This document shows, piece after piece, positions 45,601-55,380 of a stretch of 61,312 nucleotides of DNA (position 1 is the stretch's first letter; the number at the start of each line of letters is the position of its first letter). The translations under genes and the position numbers were made by a program. Source of the DNA: a virus (lineage: Duplodnaviria > Caudoviricetes); IMG/VR virus record IMGVR_UViG_3300011115_000316, positions 1-61,312 of that record; one strand, written 5' to 3'. The notes under the pieces are model-generated. The model worked only from the letters and a program-made list of their open reading frames with translations, was not told the DNA's origin and searched no databases.

Positions 45601-48600
45601 ACATAGTGGCCGCATGCGCTGCCTCATGCACCACGGACTCTTCAGAGAGACCGGTGTTCTCGTTGATGCGAACCCGCATACCATCTTTAGAGATACTCCC
45701 GGGCGCGTTAGGTGCGTCCCGTGTTGTCTCCTCAACCACCTTGACATTGACGCCGTTGGCTTCAACAACAGCGGCAAGTTTGCCCGCTATGCGGCGTGCA
45801 ACATGGTTGGTGCTTTTTTCTGAGATGTTGGTGAGTACCGCTGCCAGATTATTGCTGCCCAACAGATCAACATTTGTCCCCGACAAAGGCGTGTCGTTGG
45901 GTCCAGAAGTACCGCGCAGCATCCCTTCAAAGTTGGCTTTGCCTTCGGTTTGTTGGTTTACTAAACTAGTATTTTCTGATTCATCCCTATATTCACCGCC
46001 ATACATTTCGCCTTCGGATTGCTGACTGACAGCACCCGTGACAGGCCGGCCAATCTGTGCCGCATCGGCCTTAGCCCCAGCCAGTTCATCCGCAACACTC
46101 TCCTGTTCCGCAGCCAGTCTGTCAGCAACTTTCAGATCCCGACGTACGGGGTCTACCCTTTTATACGCATCAACCTTTGCTTCAATAGTTGCCAGCTTGG
46201 CGCTCAAGTCCTCAACTTTTTTCTGGGCAATTTCAAACAACTGCCGTTCTTGTGCAAGCGCGTCAACCTTTGCTTTCGTTTCTTGTCGCAGCTTGTTAGC
46301 CGCTTCCATCTCTTCTTTGTTAATCGGCACATTGCGTTGCTTGACTCCGCGCGTCTCCGTCAGCCGCATGTCCGGTTTCGTGTATGTGCGTTTCTCAGTT
46401 TCTGCAAGGTTTCCCTCTTCGCCCGTATAAAACACTTTGGCGGGAAAAAGTTCTTTACGTGTTACAGGGCCAAGGGCACGCCCCTTTGTCCTGTCAAGTT
46501 GGGCTTGCTCTTCTTCGGACACGGCTTTTTTGTAGGTCTCCCGCGTCAACTGCTCAAGCGTTTGAGACCGCTCTTCGGAGGTCTCAATGGGGTCTATGGC
46601 AACGCCCCGCAAACTAGCAAGTTGTGTATCTCGCTTGACCAATTGGTCTTGCGCTTTACGGTAACGGGCCTGCAGGCTGTTGCGCTTGGCTTCCGTAAGC
46701 CCGGGGGCTTCCAACTGCTTTTTTAGGGCTTGAACTTTTCCAGACTCTTCACCACGAAGCCTGTATGCTGTTGCATAGCTGGCATCTTTGTTCTCCGCCT
46801 TCTTGCGCAAGTTTGCAAGATACGCAGTAAGCTGCGTTTGTGCGGCATCACGTTCTTCCTGTGACAGCTTCCCGTCATTGATTGCATCCTCAAACGCCCG
46901 TCGTTTGACCGGAGCGTCATCAATGGCATCCAGCATGGCGCGGCGCTTATCAAAAGAGATCCGTTGTCCGAGTAGCGAACTTAGGTCGCCGGTTAGCTTG
47001 TTGCGTTTCTTTTCAGCGGCCTGTTCTTCCGCACGTTCCTTGGTCCGATCCGGCGTAGGGGTGGGTGCAGACACTTGCGAGGCTGCTGCGGCCTGCTTGC
47101 GTTCCGCCGGGAACATGTCCTCTTGTATCTCAGCCACGCTTGCGTCTGCGGGCGCTTCTGTTTTTGTTTCAGCCAACACTTTCAACGGCACCAGCTTGTC
47201 AAGCGCTTTCTGCGTCTCCCCTTGGTCACGGGCGCGTTCGCTGTCGCTGAGCGTGTCTTGCAAGCCCTTCAGTTTAGTTGCCTCTGCAAACCGCTTGCTG
47301 GCCTGTTGCAGCTTCTCGGCGTTTTCAGGTTGCTCTTGCAATTTTGCCAAGTCGGCGTCGTACTTTTTCTTGGCGCTGTCGATGCGCGTTTTAAGCGCGG
47401 CGCGGGCTTGTTCTGCCGAATCAAGCTGCGTCTTGGCAACCCGCTGGCTTTTTGCGCCCGCGTTGCTTTGGGTAGGAGCAACTGCAAACTGCCGTTGCAA
47501 CGCGGCTACGGTCTCGCCGTACTTTTTCTTGGCGCTATCCATGCGGGTTTTCTGCTCACCGCCGCTGTAATTCTCTCGGGCGGCATCCATGCCCGCCTTC
47601 AACACAAGCCGCGCCCGCTCCATCGCCGCAGGCACTTCTTGACCAACGCTTCTGCTCTTGACCGGCGCGTTGTACGCGGCTTGCGCAGCAGCTACATTGC
47701 TATCGGCACGCTTCAACTGCACGCGCATGCGTTCTATGCTGTTAGCAAAAGGTTGCAGCGGCGCTCCGATATCGATGGCAAGCGCGTCCATTGCACGAGC
47801 GGAGTCCGCATACTCGTCTGCTATATCTTTAGCGCGGGCTGCTGTGGCTTTCCCAACGGGGCTTTCGTAGGCTTGTGCTTCTTCGGCAACCCCAAAGTAT
47901 TTCCGCAAGTTCTGCGTGGCGTCCCCAATACCCTGCCCAACATCCGAAGCAAGCCACCGAGCTACGGCCATCCGCGCTGCTGGATCGGCCATGATGGTTG
48001 ACTGGTTCTCTCCAACAAGACGCAGCAGACCTCTTTCCTTGTTGCTCAACTCAGGCTTTGCAAGTTTTACCAGCATGCCTTGTAGTTCACGCGGGGAGAC
48101 TTGCTGCTGTGACTGACGTTCAATCTGGGCAATTTGCTGCCGAAGATACTTCTCCGTCTCCGGCGCTGCGCGGCCTTGACGCACGCTGTTGAGCCACTCG
48201 GCAACATCGCCTTGATATGGGCGCAATGCCGGCAAGTTGGCTTCGATCTGATCCAGCAAAGTCGCTTGCGCTTCTGTCAGGCTGGGCAGATTGCGCACGC
48301 GTTCAATACCTTGCTGCAACCCCCGTGGGGAAGTTGACTTAACTTGCCCGGTCTCAATAATCTCACTTTGGCCGGCGTCCGCTGCGCCTTCCAAAGCGGG
48401 GCCAACTTCGGCGGCTTTGCCTTGTTCTTTCAGGTAGCGCATCCGATCAATGATTTCTAGCGCATCGCCCCTGCGCCCTTCTTGACGGGCCGCAATGTAA
48501 GCTTTGCTAAGCTGCTTCAGTTCCGTTTGAATTTCTTGCGTTAGCTCTTTCGTCTGCACTGCGCCAGTTCGTTTAAGTGGCGCTGCACCGGGGATCAGGT

Positions 48601-50977
48601 ATTGGCTACCTGCCGGGATTTCGGGCACCGGTTCTTCAGGCGTGCGGTCCATCGCAGCAAACGACTGCTCGAGCGTGCGGGGCTCTGTTGGCTCGACTGT
48701 GGTGTCTTCAACAGCCGGGGCAGCCGGGGCAGCCGCCTTCTTGCCCTTTGCTTTTTCCACCAGCGGTTTACCGCCTAGCATGTCCGCGTATTCTTGCGTG
48801 AACCGATCCAGATTTGCAAGCCCTAGTCGCTGTGTCAACGAACTAAGAAAAGCGGGCAGTCGATTTTCAGCAGCGGTTTTATTTAGCTGATCAAGCAAGT
48901 CTGCGCCAAAAAGTGCAGTTAGCGTTGGGTTGTTTTTACCGGAACCAAAATCGTAATCTTGGAGACCGCCTGTGGTTTGGTTCTCCATCCGAATATGATC
49001 TGGGGCTACACTTACCTTTACTTTGTCCCCTTTTTGGTTTGTAAATAGAAGATGCGCTCTGTCTTCCGTAACACGCAGTTGTTGCAACGCAGCTTTGGGC
49101 GTAACTGCTATGGGTGTCTTAAAGCTGTACGTCGGATATTGCCCATCATTTTCGATGGTGTACGCCCCGTAATCCAGTGTAACGGTAGGCGACCACATAG
49201 TGTCGGGGTCTGTGGGCGGCGTAGCTCTTGTGACTGTTGGCTCGGTGCCCACCGTTTTCTTACCCTTTGTTTTCGTAACAGGGGTAGCTACTTCTCCGGC
49301 CAGTTCTTCCTGCGCCAGTCGTTGCTGCAGCATTTCCAAGAAGAACGCGTTCTCTTCCAGTGTCAACCCCGGAATCTGCTCGTTGTTTGCCACCATCTCA
49401 GCCGCAACTTCAGGCGAGCCCATGATGGCTTCTACGTGCGACTGGATCTCTTCCATGCGCTCGGGCGCTGCTGCTGCAGGAATAACAAATGGGGCCGGCG
49501 CGGACACCGTACCTTCCGCAGCTTGCGCTTTGGTCAAGGGCGCAGGAGCCACAGGGGCAACGGGTGCAGGAGCCACAGGGGCAACGGGCGCAGGAGCCAC
49601 AGGAGCCACAGGGGCAACGGGTGCAGGAGCCACAGGAGCCCCGGGTGCAACGGCAGCCGCAGGGCGGAAGTCAACCCCGGGGTGCAGTTGTCGTACACGG
49701 CGGATCTCGTCCACCAGTGGCTGCATAGTCTCTTTGGCGTACGTATCCCGGGCTACACGCGCATCCTTGGCGTCTGCTACGGACAGCGGGTCTTTCTCTG
49801 CACTGAGTGCCTTGACGGCTTGATTGAGCCGTTGCATCTCGACGTTGGCCGCAACGTAGTCGGCCCGCAGCTTTGCGGCATATGCGGGATCTGCATCCGC
49901 AGCCATCTTTTGCTGCGCTGCAGCCGCTTCTTGCTGTTGCTGAACCGTTGCGGCATATGCATCCGCAGCCATCTTTTGCTGCGCTGCAGCCGCTTCTTGC
50001 TGTTGCTGAACCGTTGCGGCTTGAGCGGCATCTGCCTCTTGCTTCGCCGCAACTACGTCCCTTGCCCCACTGCGAGCTGACAACCGACCCACCGCGCCGA
50101 GTGGTGCCAGCAGCCCCACCTGATACGCGGTCTCGCCGTATTCTTCGAGTGCGTCTGGACTTGTAAGTGACAGGCCGGCCTGTGCCCGCTCCAGCATCTG
50201 CTGGGTAATCTCGGTGGGGATCTCGGCCAGAGCGCCGACACCCGTGCCTTTGGCAAGCACCATCAGCAACCGCTCGTCAGCCAGCTTGGCTGCGCCTGCG
50301 GCACTGCGCCCCAGCAGCGCTTCCATAGGAATGCCGGTCAGCTTCTGCACCAGCCGGCCACCAAACGGAATCAGGCTCGAGGCTACATCCAAGCCTGCCT
50401 GCGGCACCGCAGCAGCCAGTGCGCGACCTGAACTAACCGGGACGCCCTCTTGCGCTTGCCGTTCAATGTTGCCACTAAACTGCTGCGCCAGAGCCGGTAT
50501 CAGCGCACCGCCAATGCCGCCAATGGTGGCACCAACAGGACCGAACGGAGCCCCCGCCATCGCCCCGAGTCGCGCACTACCTGCCATTGCAACTAGGTTG
50601 GGTGCTTGTTCCGCAAGTGCCGCTGGAATCTGGCTTAACGCTTCGCCTGCCGCAGACAGCACGCCGTCTTTGTTGTATGCGTCTTTGACTTTTTGCAAGC
50701 TGACTTGCTCAGCATACTTCTTGTTTAGCGCTTCGCCGCGCTCGAGCCCTGCGCGTGCTGCCTCTTCGGCATCCCCGGTGAGAGCCCCATACGCAGTCCG
50801 CCCGCTGGAGCTGATGGACTCGACGCCTTTGCCTAGAGCCGCGCCAATCCCAGTTTTTGGTTTAGGGCCTAGTTCTGGGTGCTGCGCAATGATGCGTGCT
50901 TTTGCCGTACTCGGATCAACTTCATCCGGTATATTCTTGACAAGAGTACCGTCAGGAAGTTGGATTGAGTATGGCAT
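42647..50977 (-). CDS. Large polyvalent internal virion/ejection protein (HExxH peptidase-like domain; LPD38-like C-terminus)
   Basis: 2776 aa; VHEAAH...EF.AE; DYIPFYR, IPFFN..IQG, PIPFEVG. Confidence 0.75.
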   Translation of the reverse strand: MPYSIQLPDGTLVKNIPDEVDPSTAKARIIAQHPELGPKPKTGIGAALGKGVESISSSGRTAYGALTGDAEEAARAGLERGEALNKKYAEQVSLQKVKDAYNKDGVLSAAGEALSQIPAALAEQAPNLVAMAGSARLGAMAGAPFGPVGATIGGIGGALIPALAQQFSGNIERQAQEGVPVSSGRALAAAVPQAGLDVASSLIPFGGRLVQKLTGIPMEALLGRSAAGAAKLADERLLMVLAKGTGVGALAEIPTEITQQMLERAQAGLSLTSPDALEEYGETAYQVGLLAPLGAVGRLSARSGARDVVAAKQEADAAQAATVQQQQEAAAAQQKMAADAYAATVQQQQEAAAAQQKMAADADPAYAAKLRADYVAANVEMQRLNQAVKALSAEKDPLSVADAKDARVARDTYAKETMQPLVDEIRRVRQLHPGVDFRPAAAVAPGAPVAPAPVAPVAPVAPAPVAPVAPAPVAPVAPAPLTKAQAAEGTVSAPAPFVIPAAAAPERMEEIQSHVEAIMGSPEVAAEMVANNEQIPGLTLEENAFFLEMLQQRLAQEELAGEVATPVTKTKGKKTVGTEPTVTRATPPTDPDTMWSPTVTLDYGAYTIENDGQYPTYSFKTPIAVTPKAALQQLRVTEDRAHLLFTNQKGDKVKVSVAPDHIRMENQTTGGLQDYDFGSGKNNPTLTALFGADLLDQLNKTAAENRLPAFLSSLTQRLGLANLDRFTQEYADMLGGKPLVEKAKGKKAAAPAAPAVEDTTVEPTEPRTLEQSFAAMDRTPEEPVPEIPAGSQYLIPGAAPLKRTGAVQTKELTQEIQTELKQLSKAYIAARQEGRRGDALEIIDRMRYLKEQGKAAEVGPALEGAADAGQSEIIETGQVKSTSPRGLQQGIERVRNLPSLTEAQATLLDQIEANLPALRPYQGDVAEWLNSVRQGRAAPETEKYLRQQIAQIERQSQQQVSPRELQGMLVKLAKPELSNKERGLLRLVGENQSTIMADPAARMAVARWLASDVGQGIGDATQNLRKYFGVAEEAQAYESPVGKATAARAKDIADEYADSARAMDALAIDIGAPLQPFANSIERMRVQLKRADSNVAAAQAAYNAPVKSRSVGQEVPAAMERARLVLKAGMDAARENYSGGEQKTRMDSAKKKYGETVAALQRQFAVAPTQSNAGAKSQRVAKTQLDSAEQARAALKTRIDSAKKKYDADLAKLQEQPENAEKLQQASKRFAEATKLKGLQDTLSDSERARDQGETQKALDKLVPLKVLAETKTEAPADASVAEIQEDMFPAERKQAAAASQVSAPTPTPDRTKERAEEQAAEKKRNKLTGDLSSLLGQRISFDKRRAMLDAIDDAPVKRRAFEDAINDGKLSQEERDAAQTQLTAYLANLRKKAENKDASYATAYRLRGEESGKVQALKKQLEAPGLTEAKRNSLQARYRKAQDQLVKRDTQLASLRGVAIDPIETSEERSQTLEQLTRETYKKAVSEEEQAQLDRTKGRALGPVTRKELFPAKVFYTGEEGNLAETEKRTYTKPDMRLTETRGVKQRNVPINKEEMEAANKLRQETKAKVDALAQERQLFEIAQKKVEDLSAKLATIEAKVDAYKRVDPVRRDLKVADRLAAEQESVADELAGAKADAAQIGRPVTGAVSQQSEGEMYGGEYRDESENTSLVNQQTEGKANFEGMLRGTSGPNDTPLSGTNVDLLGSNNLAAVLTNISEKSTNHVARRIAGKLAAVVEANGVNVKVVEETTRDAPNAPGSISKDGMRVRINENTGLSEESVVHEAAHAATMFELEKPDSELTPDQRKAKAELTRMMERVKADESFDNAVINDGDLHEFLAEGLGSRAVQAHMREDTWDGRSMWRRFIDAVLRFVGVKTPPQGPMLDRFLDLAEKFIAAKAENAPSVEKSKLRSVGSLLGPKDVKYANPGLAEAGAIVDKVVAKDRGALDRIRAAAGGFLGLETQSVDRFAPLDRISKGMESLKGSQMMYDLRMYDQRMNYTAQSVANGALQRIAIQRKDGRTEYVVESVDGANIKQVVDILKKAPAGSPAAANRLFTMYLAGIRAKNKGFDTLHFGDKLTEAQLDITMARIRATPGLEENFKQAREVYNEYNRNMVGFLAQSGAISKEHAARLTKENDYIPFYREKGGVAELLIGGESPIRIGSVADQPYLHELVGGDRPILDFLTSSVQNTALITDMGLRNLATKNSMNELEDMGLAQIRQGPGTAKPKIVRFKVDGLDYHAIVDTDAKTGIPADLLVKGMQGIPTQLPALVRALGMPATFLRRAVTLSPTYAARQLFRDSIAATLLSGADIAPVLGALKELGKSATKSTLEKRGITGGQVFAGSSSSEAMTKILNDMLSGKGNLGSLIAKAEALNMEADAATRRAQYNSYIKQGLSEMEATLMALESMNFNKRGASPSIHMANALIPFFNSQIQGLNVLYKALTGKLPFDKRLKIQEKLITRGALMFGASLAYAAMMQDDEAYKNATPEQKYGNWFIRISGIDEPIKVPIPFEVGYLFKALPEAIYNSLANEHGSEEAFKALKTIVLQTVPGGSSYFIPQALKPAIEYGMGKSFYTGRDTLSRREQAVLPEQQFREGSSEISKMMGSGLGLSPIKIEALVSGYTGTMGLALMQTLSTGVPTGESPEKTTKRLSDMPVIGSSFQPNDAGGIINAVYERMDDIKKVKTTVDRMLSEGRVAEAKELVSKRAEEFAQSGVADYFTSNMQQITKFENAIRASNLTGDEKRAKLDETRQMKIRLAEMVRKATDEAKSID

Positions 50978-50983
50978 ATGCGA

Positions 50984-52858
50984 CTAGTGAATGGAATTAA
51001 AATCAAGCACCTTTTCCGCAAAAGGCGCTCCCTCCATTGTACCCACAAGCGTTGCGTACCGCGCCCCAATTTCCGCATCCGCCCGCAGTTTGGCCGCAGC
51101 CATTTTAATAGGGTCCAACTTTATAAACGGATCTGCTTCAATTTTTGCATACGCCGCAGCAAGTTCTTTTCGCATTTGTGCAGCAGGACGATCTTCAGCC
51201 GCATACCGCTCCGCCGCCGCCTTGCGGTACCCCGCCGTTGCCTCAAGACCTTTAATCTCAGCATCCGTCTTACGCCGGTCATACTCCGTCTTTTCCCGAG
51301 CTTGTTTAGAAGCTAGTGCGGCAACACCCGCTTCGCCCACATTCTGCAGCGCATACTGCGACTTGCCGGCCATCATTTGCAAGCCAAACATCATCAGGTC
51401 TTCGTAGCCAAACCCCTTACGTTCTTCTTTGGGTATTGCAGCTTCAGCAAGTGCCACCGCTTTTTTTTTGATTAACGGGCCAATATCCTTATCCGGATCG
51501 CCCGACTTGCCTTGATACGCTATCGTTTTGTTCTGGTCTGTGTCTGCTTTGGCTTTTTGCGCAGGCCCCGCCGCCGCTCTTGCTACTGCTTGAACCTGCG
51601 GAAGCGTAGTTACGCCAACACCCTTACCGCCGGCAGCTTGTGCAGCGAATGCGGGTTTGGCGAAACCCAGCCCAACGGCATACTCCTCGTACTCTTTCTG
51701 AGACTGTGCATTCAAATTCCGCAACGCCTCAAACCTTTGTGCAGCTTCGGGGTCTTTGTTCCTGTCGCGCAAAGACGACGGTTTTGCTTTGGATAGCGCC
51801 TCACGAATAACATCCAGCCGCTGCCCCAAAGCCTCTAGACCTTCGGGCGTGAACCCCGGACCACTGTAAATACTTGGGGCGTTTTCCGCAGGGGCGGGTG
51901 CGGTTTGTGCCGGCGCTGCTTGTGCCGGCGCTGCTTGTGCGGAGCCAACGGGCATTAGGCGTGTGAGGTAGTTAGCCGTTTCTTTAGGCAGCCCAATTTT
52001 CCAATTTTCTGGATTTTTAGCCAAGTGCTTACGCATTGACTCGGGGCCCCAGTTGTACGCTGCGGCAGCTTTCTCCGGGTCGCCAAAAGTACCTAGCTGT
52101 TTCTTAAAGTAGCCGACTGAAGCAGGAATATTTTTGGCGGGATTGAACCGGTCTTGAGACGTAAGCCCCATGTCTTTTGCGGCACCGGGCATCAATTGCC
52201 CCAATCCAGCGGCACCTTTGGGGGAAACAGCATTTGGGTTTCCGCCCGACTCCGTGGCAAACATACGCACCATCAACTCGGGGTCAACACCTTGCTGCTC
52301 CGCTGCATCTCGAATCTGCTGTTCATAGTCCCCAACGACCATCCCTTTATCCGCATACCCCACGATCCCACCGTCCGCCATGTTAGACAGACTGCGTTCT
52401 GGTAGTGCGCCTATGCCCATCTCTTCAGGCAGGCGAGAGTCCATGTAGCCGCCGTCTGCAGCCATTTGGGTTGGGCCTTGGGGTGCCCGCATGGCCGGTT
52501 GTGGGGCTTGCTGTGGCGGCATAGCCTGTTGTGGCATGGCCTGTTGTGGCATAGCCTGTTGTGGCATAGCCTGTTGGGGGGCTTGCTGTGGTGGCGGCAT
52601 ACCCTGTGGCATAGGAGCGCTTGGGGGGGCTGCTGCCGGTGAGGCCATTGCCATTAGTGCCTGATCTTTAACGGACGGCACATCACCACGCTCATTGTTT
52701 GCCAAGCTACCGCTGCGCATGTCTTCCCGATCCTGACTCTCCTGAAAAGCCAATGGAAACAGGTACGGGTTGTCTTGGTTCATCTGAGCAAACTGCGTTA
52801 GCTCCTTGTCGCCCATGCGCCGCAACATTGATAGTATGTTTCGATCATCGATACTCAT
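50984..52858 (-). CDS. Internal virion protein with lytic transglycosylase domain
   Basis: ES.GNPNAVSPKGAAGLGQLMP, AAYNWG, ET.NY. Confidence 0.85.
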   Translation of the reverse strand: MSIDDRNILSMLRRMGDKELTQFAQMNQDNPYLFPLAFQESQDREDMRSGSLANNERGDVPSVKDQALMAMASPAAAPPSAPMPQGMPPPQQAPQQAMPQQAMPQQAMPQQAMPPQQAPQPAMRAPQGPTQMAADGGYMDSRLPEEMGIGALPERSLSNMADGGIVGYADKGMVVGDYEQQIRDAAEQQGVDPELMVRMFATESGGNPNAVSPKGAAGLGQLMPGAAKDMGLTSQDRFNPAKNIPASVGYFKKQLGTFGDPEKAAAAYNWGPESMRKHLAKNPENWKIGLPKETANYLTRLMPVGSAQAAPAQAAPAQTAPAPAENAPSIYSGPGFTPEGLEALGQRLDVIREALSKAKPSSLRDRNKDPEAAQRFEALRNLNAQSQKEYEEYAVGLGFAKPAFAAQAAGGKGVGVTTLPQVQAVARAAAGPAQKAKADTDQNKTIAYQGKSGDPDKDIGPLIKKKAVALAEAAIPKEERKGFGYEDLMMFGLQMMAGKSQYALQNVGEAGVAALASKQAREKTEYDRRKTDAEIKGLEATAGYRKAAAERYAAEDRPAAQMRKELAAAYAKIEADPFIKLDPIKMAAAKLRADAEIGARYATLVGTMEGAPFAEKVLDFNSIH

Positions 52859-52866
52859 GATGTTCC

Positions 52867-55371
52867 TTATGCCATTCTTGACAAAGCCAACGCAACAAGA
52901 CCTTGTGGGCGTGATCTTACCAGACCCCCTCTGGCATAACGTCCAACCATGCCGCCGTTTGCAGATTTAAACCCACCCAAAGCACCAAACGCTCCTAACG
53001 CAGATGCCCCAAAGCCGCCTATCTGGCTTAACATGCTTGGAGGGGCTTGGTACATGGTACTACCCACATTGGCTGTTGGTGCTGCACTAGCTTGGTTCAT
53101 CATAAAACCAAGCTTTTTGTACGGGTCGTTTTGTTGATTTAAAAAATCTTGGTACTGCGTGCTCAAACGCTGTTGTTCTTGCTGTTGCTGCATGTTTCCA
53201 TAACCAGACAAAAGCTGGTTTGCCTGCATGGTCTGTCCAAAACCTTGATTGCCAATGTTTGCTAATCCAGTGGCTCCTTGCATAGCCGCTTGTTGCCCCT
53301 GTAGCCCGTAGTTAGCACCAAACTGACCCGACTGTTCGTTTAGTTGATTGGCAGCTTGTCCATACTGTGCGTTTGTTCCTGCTGAAGTTAGTCTTTGTCC
53401 TAGTCCAAATTCACTGGCTCTGTTTCTTGCTGCTTGGTTGGCTAGTTCTGTCTGTTGTTGGTTCCCAGCGTTGTACTGCGCCATTTGATTCTGCGCTTGG
53501 GGATTAAACATTGCTGCTGCTTGTCTTTGTGCAGATGTCTGCGCGTTGGCAGCTTGGTTAAACTGACCTTGTTGCAGCCCATACTGTCCCTGCTGTGCTT
53601 GGTTGGCTAGACCCATCTGCTGACGCATCTGTGCGTTTTGCATGGCTGTGTTGTAGTCCATGCCTTGGTTAGACTGTTGCGCTGCAAGATCGGTTTGCTG
53701 ATTGGCAAGTTGGCCTTGCATGTTGTACTGCTGATTGGACTGTTGTGCTTGCAACCCGGTCTGAGCGCCAAGACCTTGCGTTTGAAGACCTGCACTCAGG
53801 TTTTGCAAGTTAGCTTGTTGCTGAACACCTTGGTTAGCAAGGGCTGCTTGCAAAGCTTGGCTTGACGACATGCCTTGCGCTTGAAGCCTATTGGCTTCGT
53901 TTTGAACCGCCGTTTGTTGCTGGTTGTTCAAATTGGCAAGCGCCATCTGCGATTCTGTTTGCGTATTAAGCTGCTGGGTTCCTTGTCGTGCACTGAGGTT
54001 TTGCTGCCCTATAGTCAGACCGGCCTGCTGGTTAGCAAGTGCCGCCTGCATTGCCTGACTAGACGACATGCCTTGGGTTTGAAGCCGGTTGGCTTCGTTT
54101 TGAACAGATGCTTGTTGTTCATTGTTTAAATTGGCTAGTTTGGTTTGAAGGTTGATCTGGCCTTCACCTAATTGCTGCACCCCTAAATTAGCCGCAAGGT
54201 TTTCTTTTCCAACCGTCAACCCCGCTTGTTGATTGGATTGCTGTGCTTGCAGCCCCTGCGCTTGTTCTGTATTGAACTGCTGCTGCGCTTGCTGGTATGC
54301 AGCTTGCAGACCCTGCGCTTGAATGTCACCCTTTTGAGTGGCAAGGTTGCGTGCAGCTTCAGCGTCCATGATGGCTGCTCTGGAACCCCCAAAAGCACCG
54401 GCTCTGGTCTGCTCACCCTTGCGCCCCGTTGTAGCTACGTCTGCGGCTCGCTGCGCTTCCCGTTGCTGGATACCAACCACACTCTGCATGTAGGGCGACA
54501 TGTACGCATCCGCCGAGCCGGGTTGGGCAAAACTCTTTGTTTCCACCCGTTCCGCTGGCCCCATCTGGTAGTTTTTAAGACTCGCCAATCCGGACTCTTT
54601 GGCGGCGGTTATGTCTCTGGATTGCAGATCACGGCTTGTGACATCTGCAACACTGCCCATTTGATTTGCTGTCAAATTGGGGCTATAGCCCGTTTGGGCC
54701 GCATTGATGCCTTGGGACTGCAAGGTATCTGCGGTAACATTTCCTGCTGCATTCATGCTTAGATCGCGCAGGGCGGGTGCATTTATACGCTCTGCCCCCA
54801 CTCGCTCTGCGTTTACATTTCTTGGCCCACCAAACTGTTGGTACTGACCCATAGGTGCTGCACCTAGTTGAGCGGCGTAAGCATCTTCTCCCCTAGCTAA
54901 AGAGGCAAGACCGGCTCCTCTAGCATTCGCTTCATTTGCGGTGTAGTCCAGCGAAGAAGGGGCTTGGTATTGATTGCTGAATGTGCTGGGAGCGTATGCT
55001 GAATTTAATGCATTTCTAGATGCTGCTCCCATGATGCCAGTTGCATCTACATTCTGATACGCTGGCCCCATGTCTCTAGCGCCCTGCATGGCTAGCTTCT
55101 GCAAGTCTGAAAACTCAGCTTGCCTTTCATAGCCATACGTTTCAGGGTCTCTAAAGCTCTCAATCTCGGGCATCTCGTTTGCACCAAGAACGTTTTTTAA
55201 TACTGGCTGCCCATCTGGGCCAATAATAGGTTTTCCAGCGGCATCTAAAGCTGGCGTTTGCTTGTAGTTATAGGTCAGCCCTCGTAGTTGACCTATCCCC
55301 TCTCTTAAATAAGGAGCAGTTTCTGGGTTATACCCAAGCTGGTTTACGACTGTTTGCATTGCGTCTGCCAT
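52867..55371 (-). CDS. Gln/Ala-rich internal virion (DNA transfer-like) protein
   Basis: YMSPY...GAFGGSR; repeated ANQ units. Confidence 0.7.
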   Translation of the reverse strand: MADAMQTVVNQLGYNPETAPYLREGIGQLRGLTYNYKQTPALDAAGKPIIGPDGQPVLKNVLGANEMPEIESFRDPETYGYERQAEFSDLQKLAMQGARDMGPAYQNVDATGIMGAASRNALNSAYAPSTFSNQYQAPSSLDYTANEANARGAGLASLARGEDAYAAQLGAAPMGQYQQFGGPRNVNAERVGAERINAPALRDLSMNAAGNVTADTLQSQGINAAQTGYSPNLTANQMGSVADVTSRDLQSRDITAAKESGLASLKNYQMGPAERVETKSFAQPGSADAYMSPYMQSVVGIQQREAQRAADVATTGRKGEQTRAGAFGGSRAAIMDAEAARNLATQKGDIQAQGLQAAYQQAQQQFNTEQAQGLQAQQSNQQAGLTVGKENLAANLGVQQLGEGQINLQTKLANLNNEQQASVQNEANRLQTQGMSSSQAMQAALANQQAGLTIGQQNLSARQGTQQLNTQTESQMALANLNNQQQTAVQNEANRLQAQGMSSSQALQAALANQGVQQQANLQNLSAGLQTQGLGAQTGLQAQQSNQQYNMQGQLANQQTDLAAQQSNQGMDYNTAMQNAQMRQQMGLANQAQQGQYGLQQGQFNQAANAQTSAQRQAAAMFNPQAQNQMAQYNAGNQQQTELANQAARNRASEFGLGQRLTSAGTNAQYGQAANQLNEQSGQFGANYGLQGQQAAMQGATGLANIGNQGFGQTMQANQLLSGYGNMQQQQEQQRLSTQYQDFLNQQNDPYKKLGFMMNQASAAPTANVGSTMYQAPPSMLSQIGGFGASALGAFGALGGFKSANGGMVGRYARGGLVRSRPQGLVALALSRMA

Positions 55372-55380
55372 GATGCGTCC

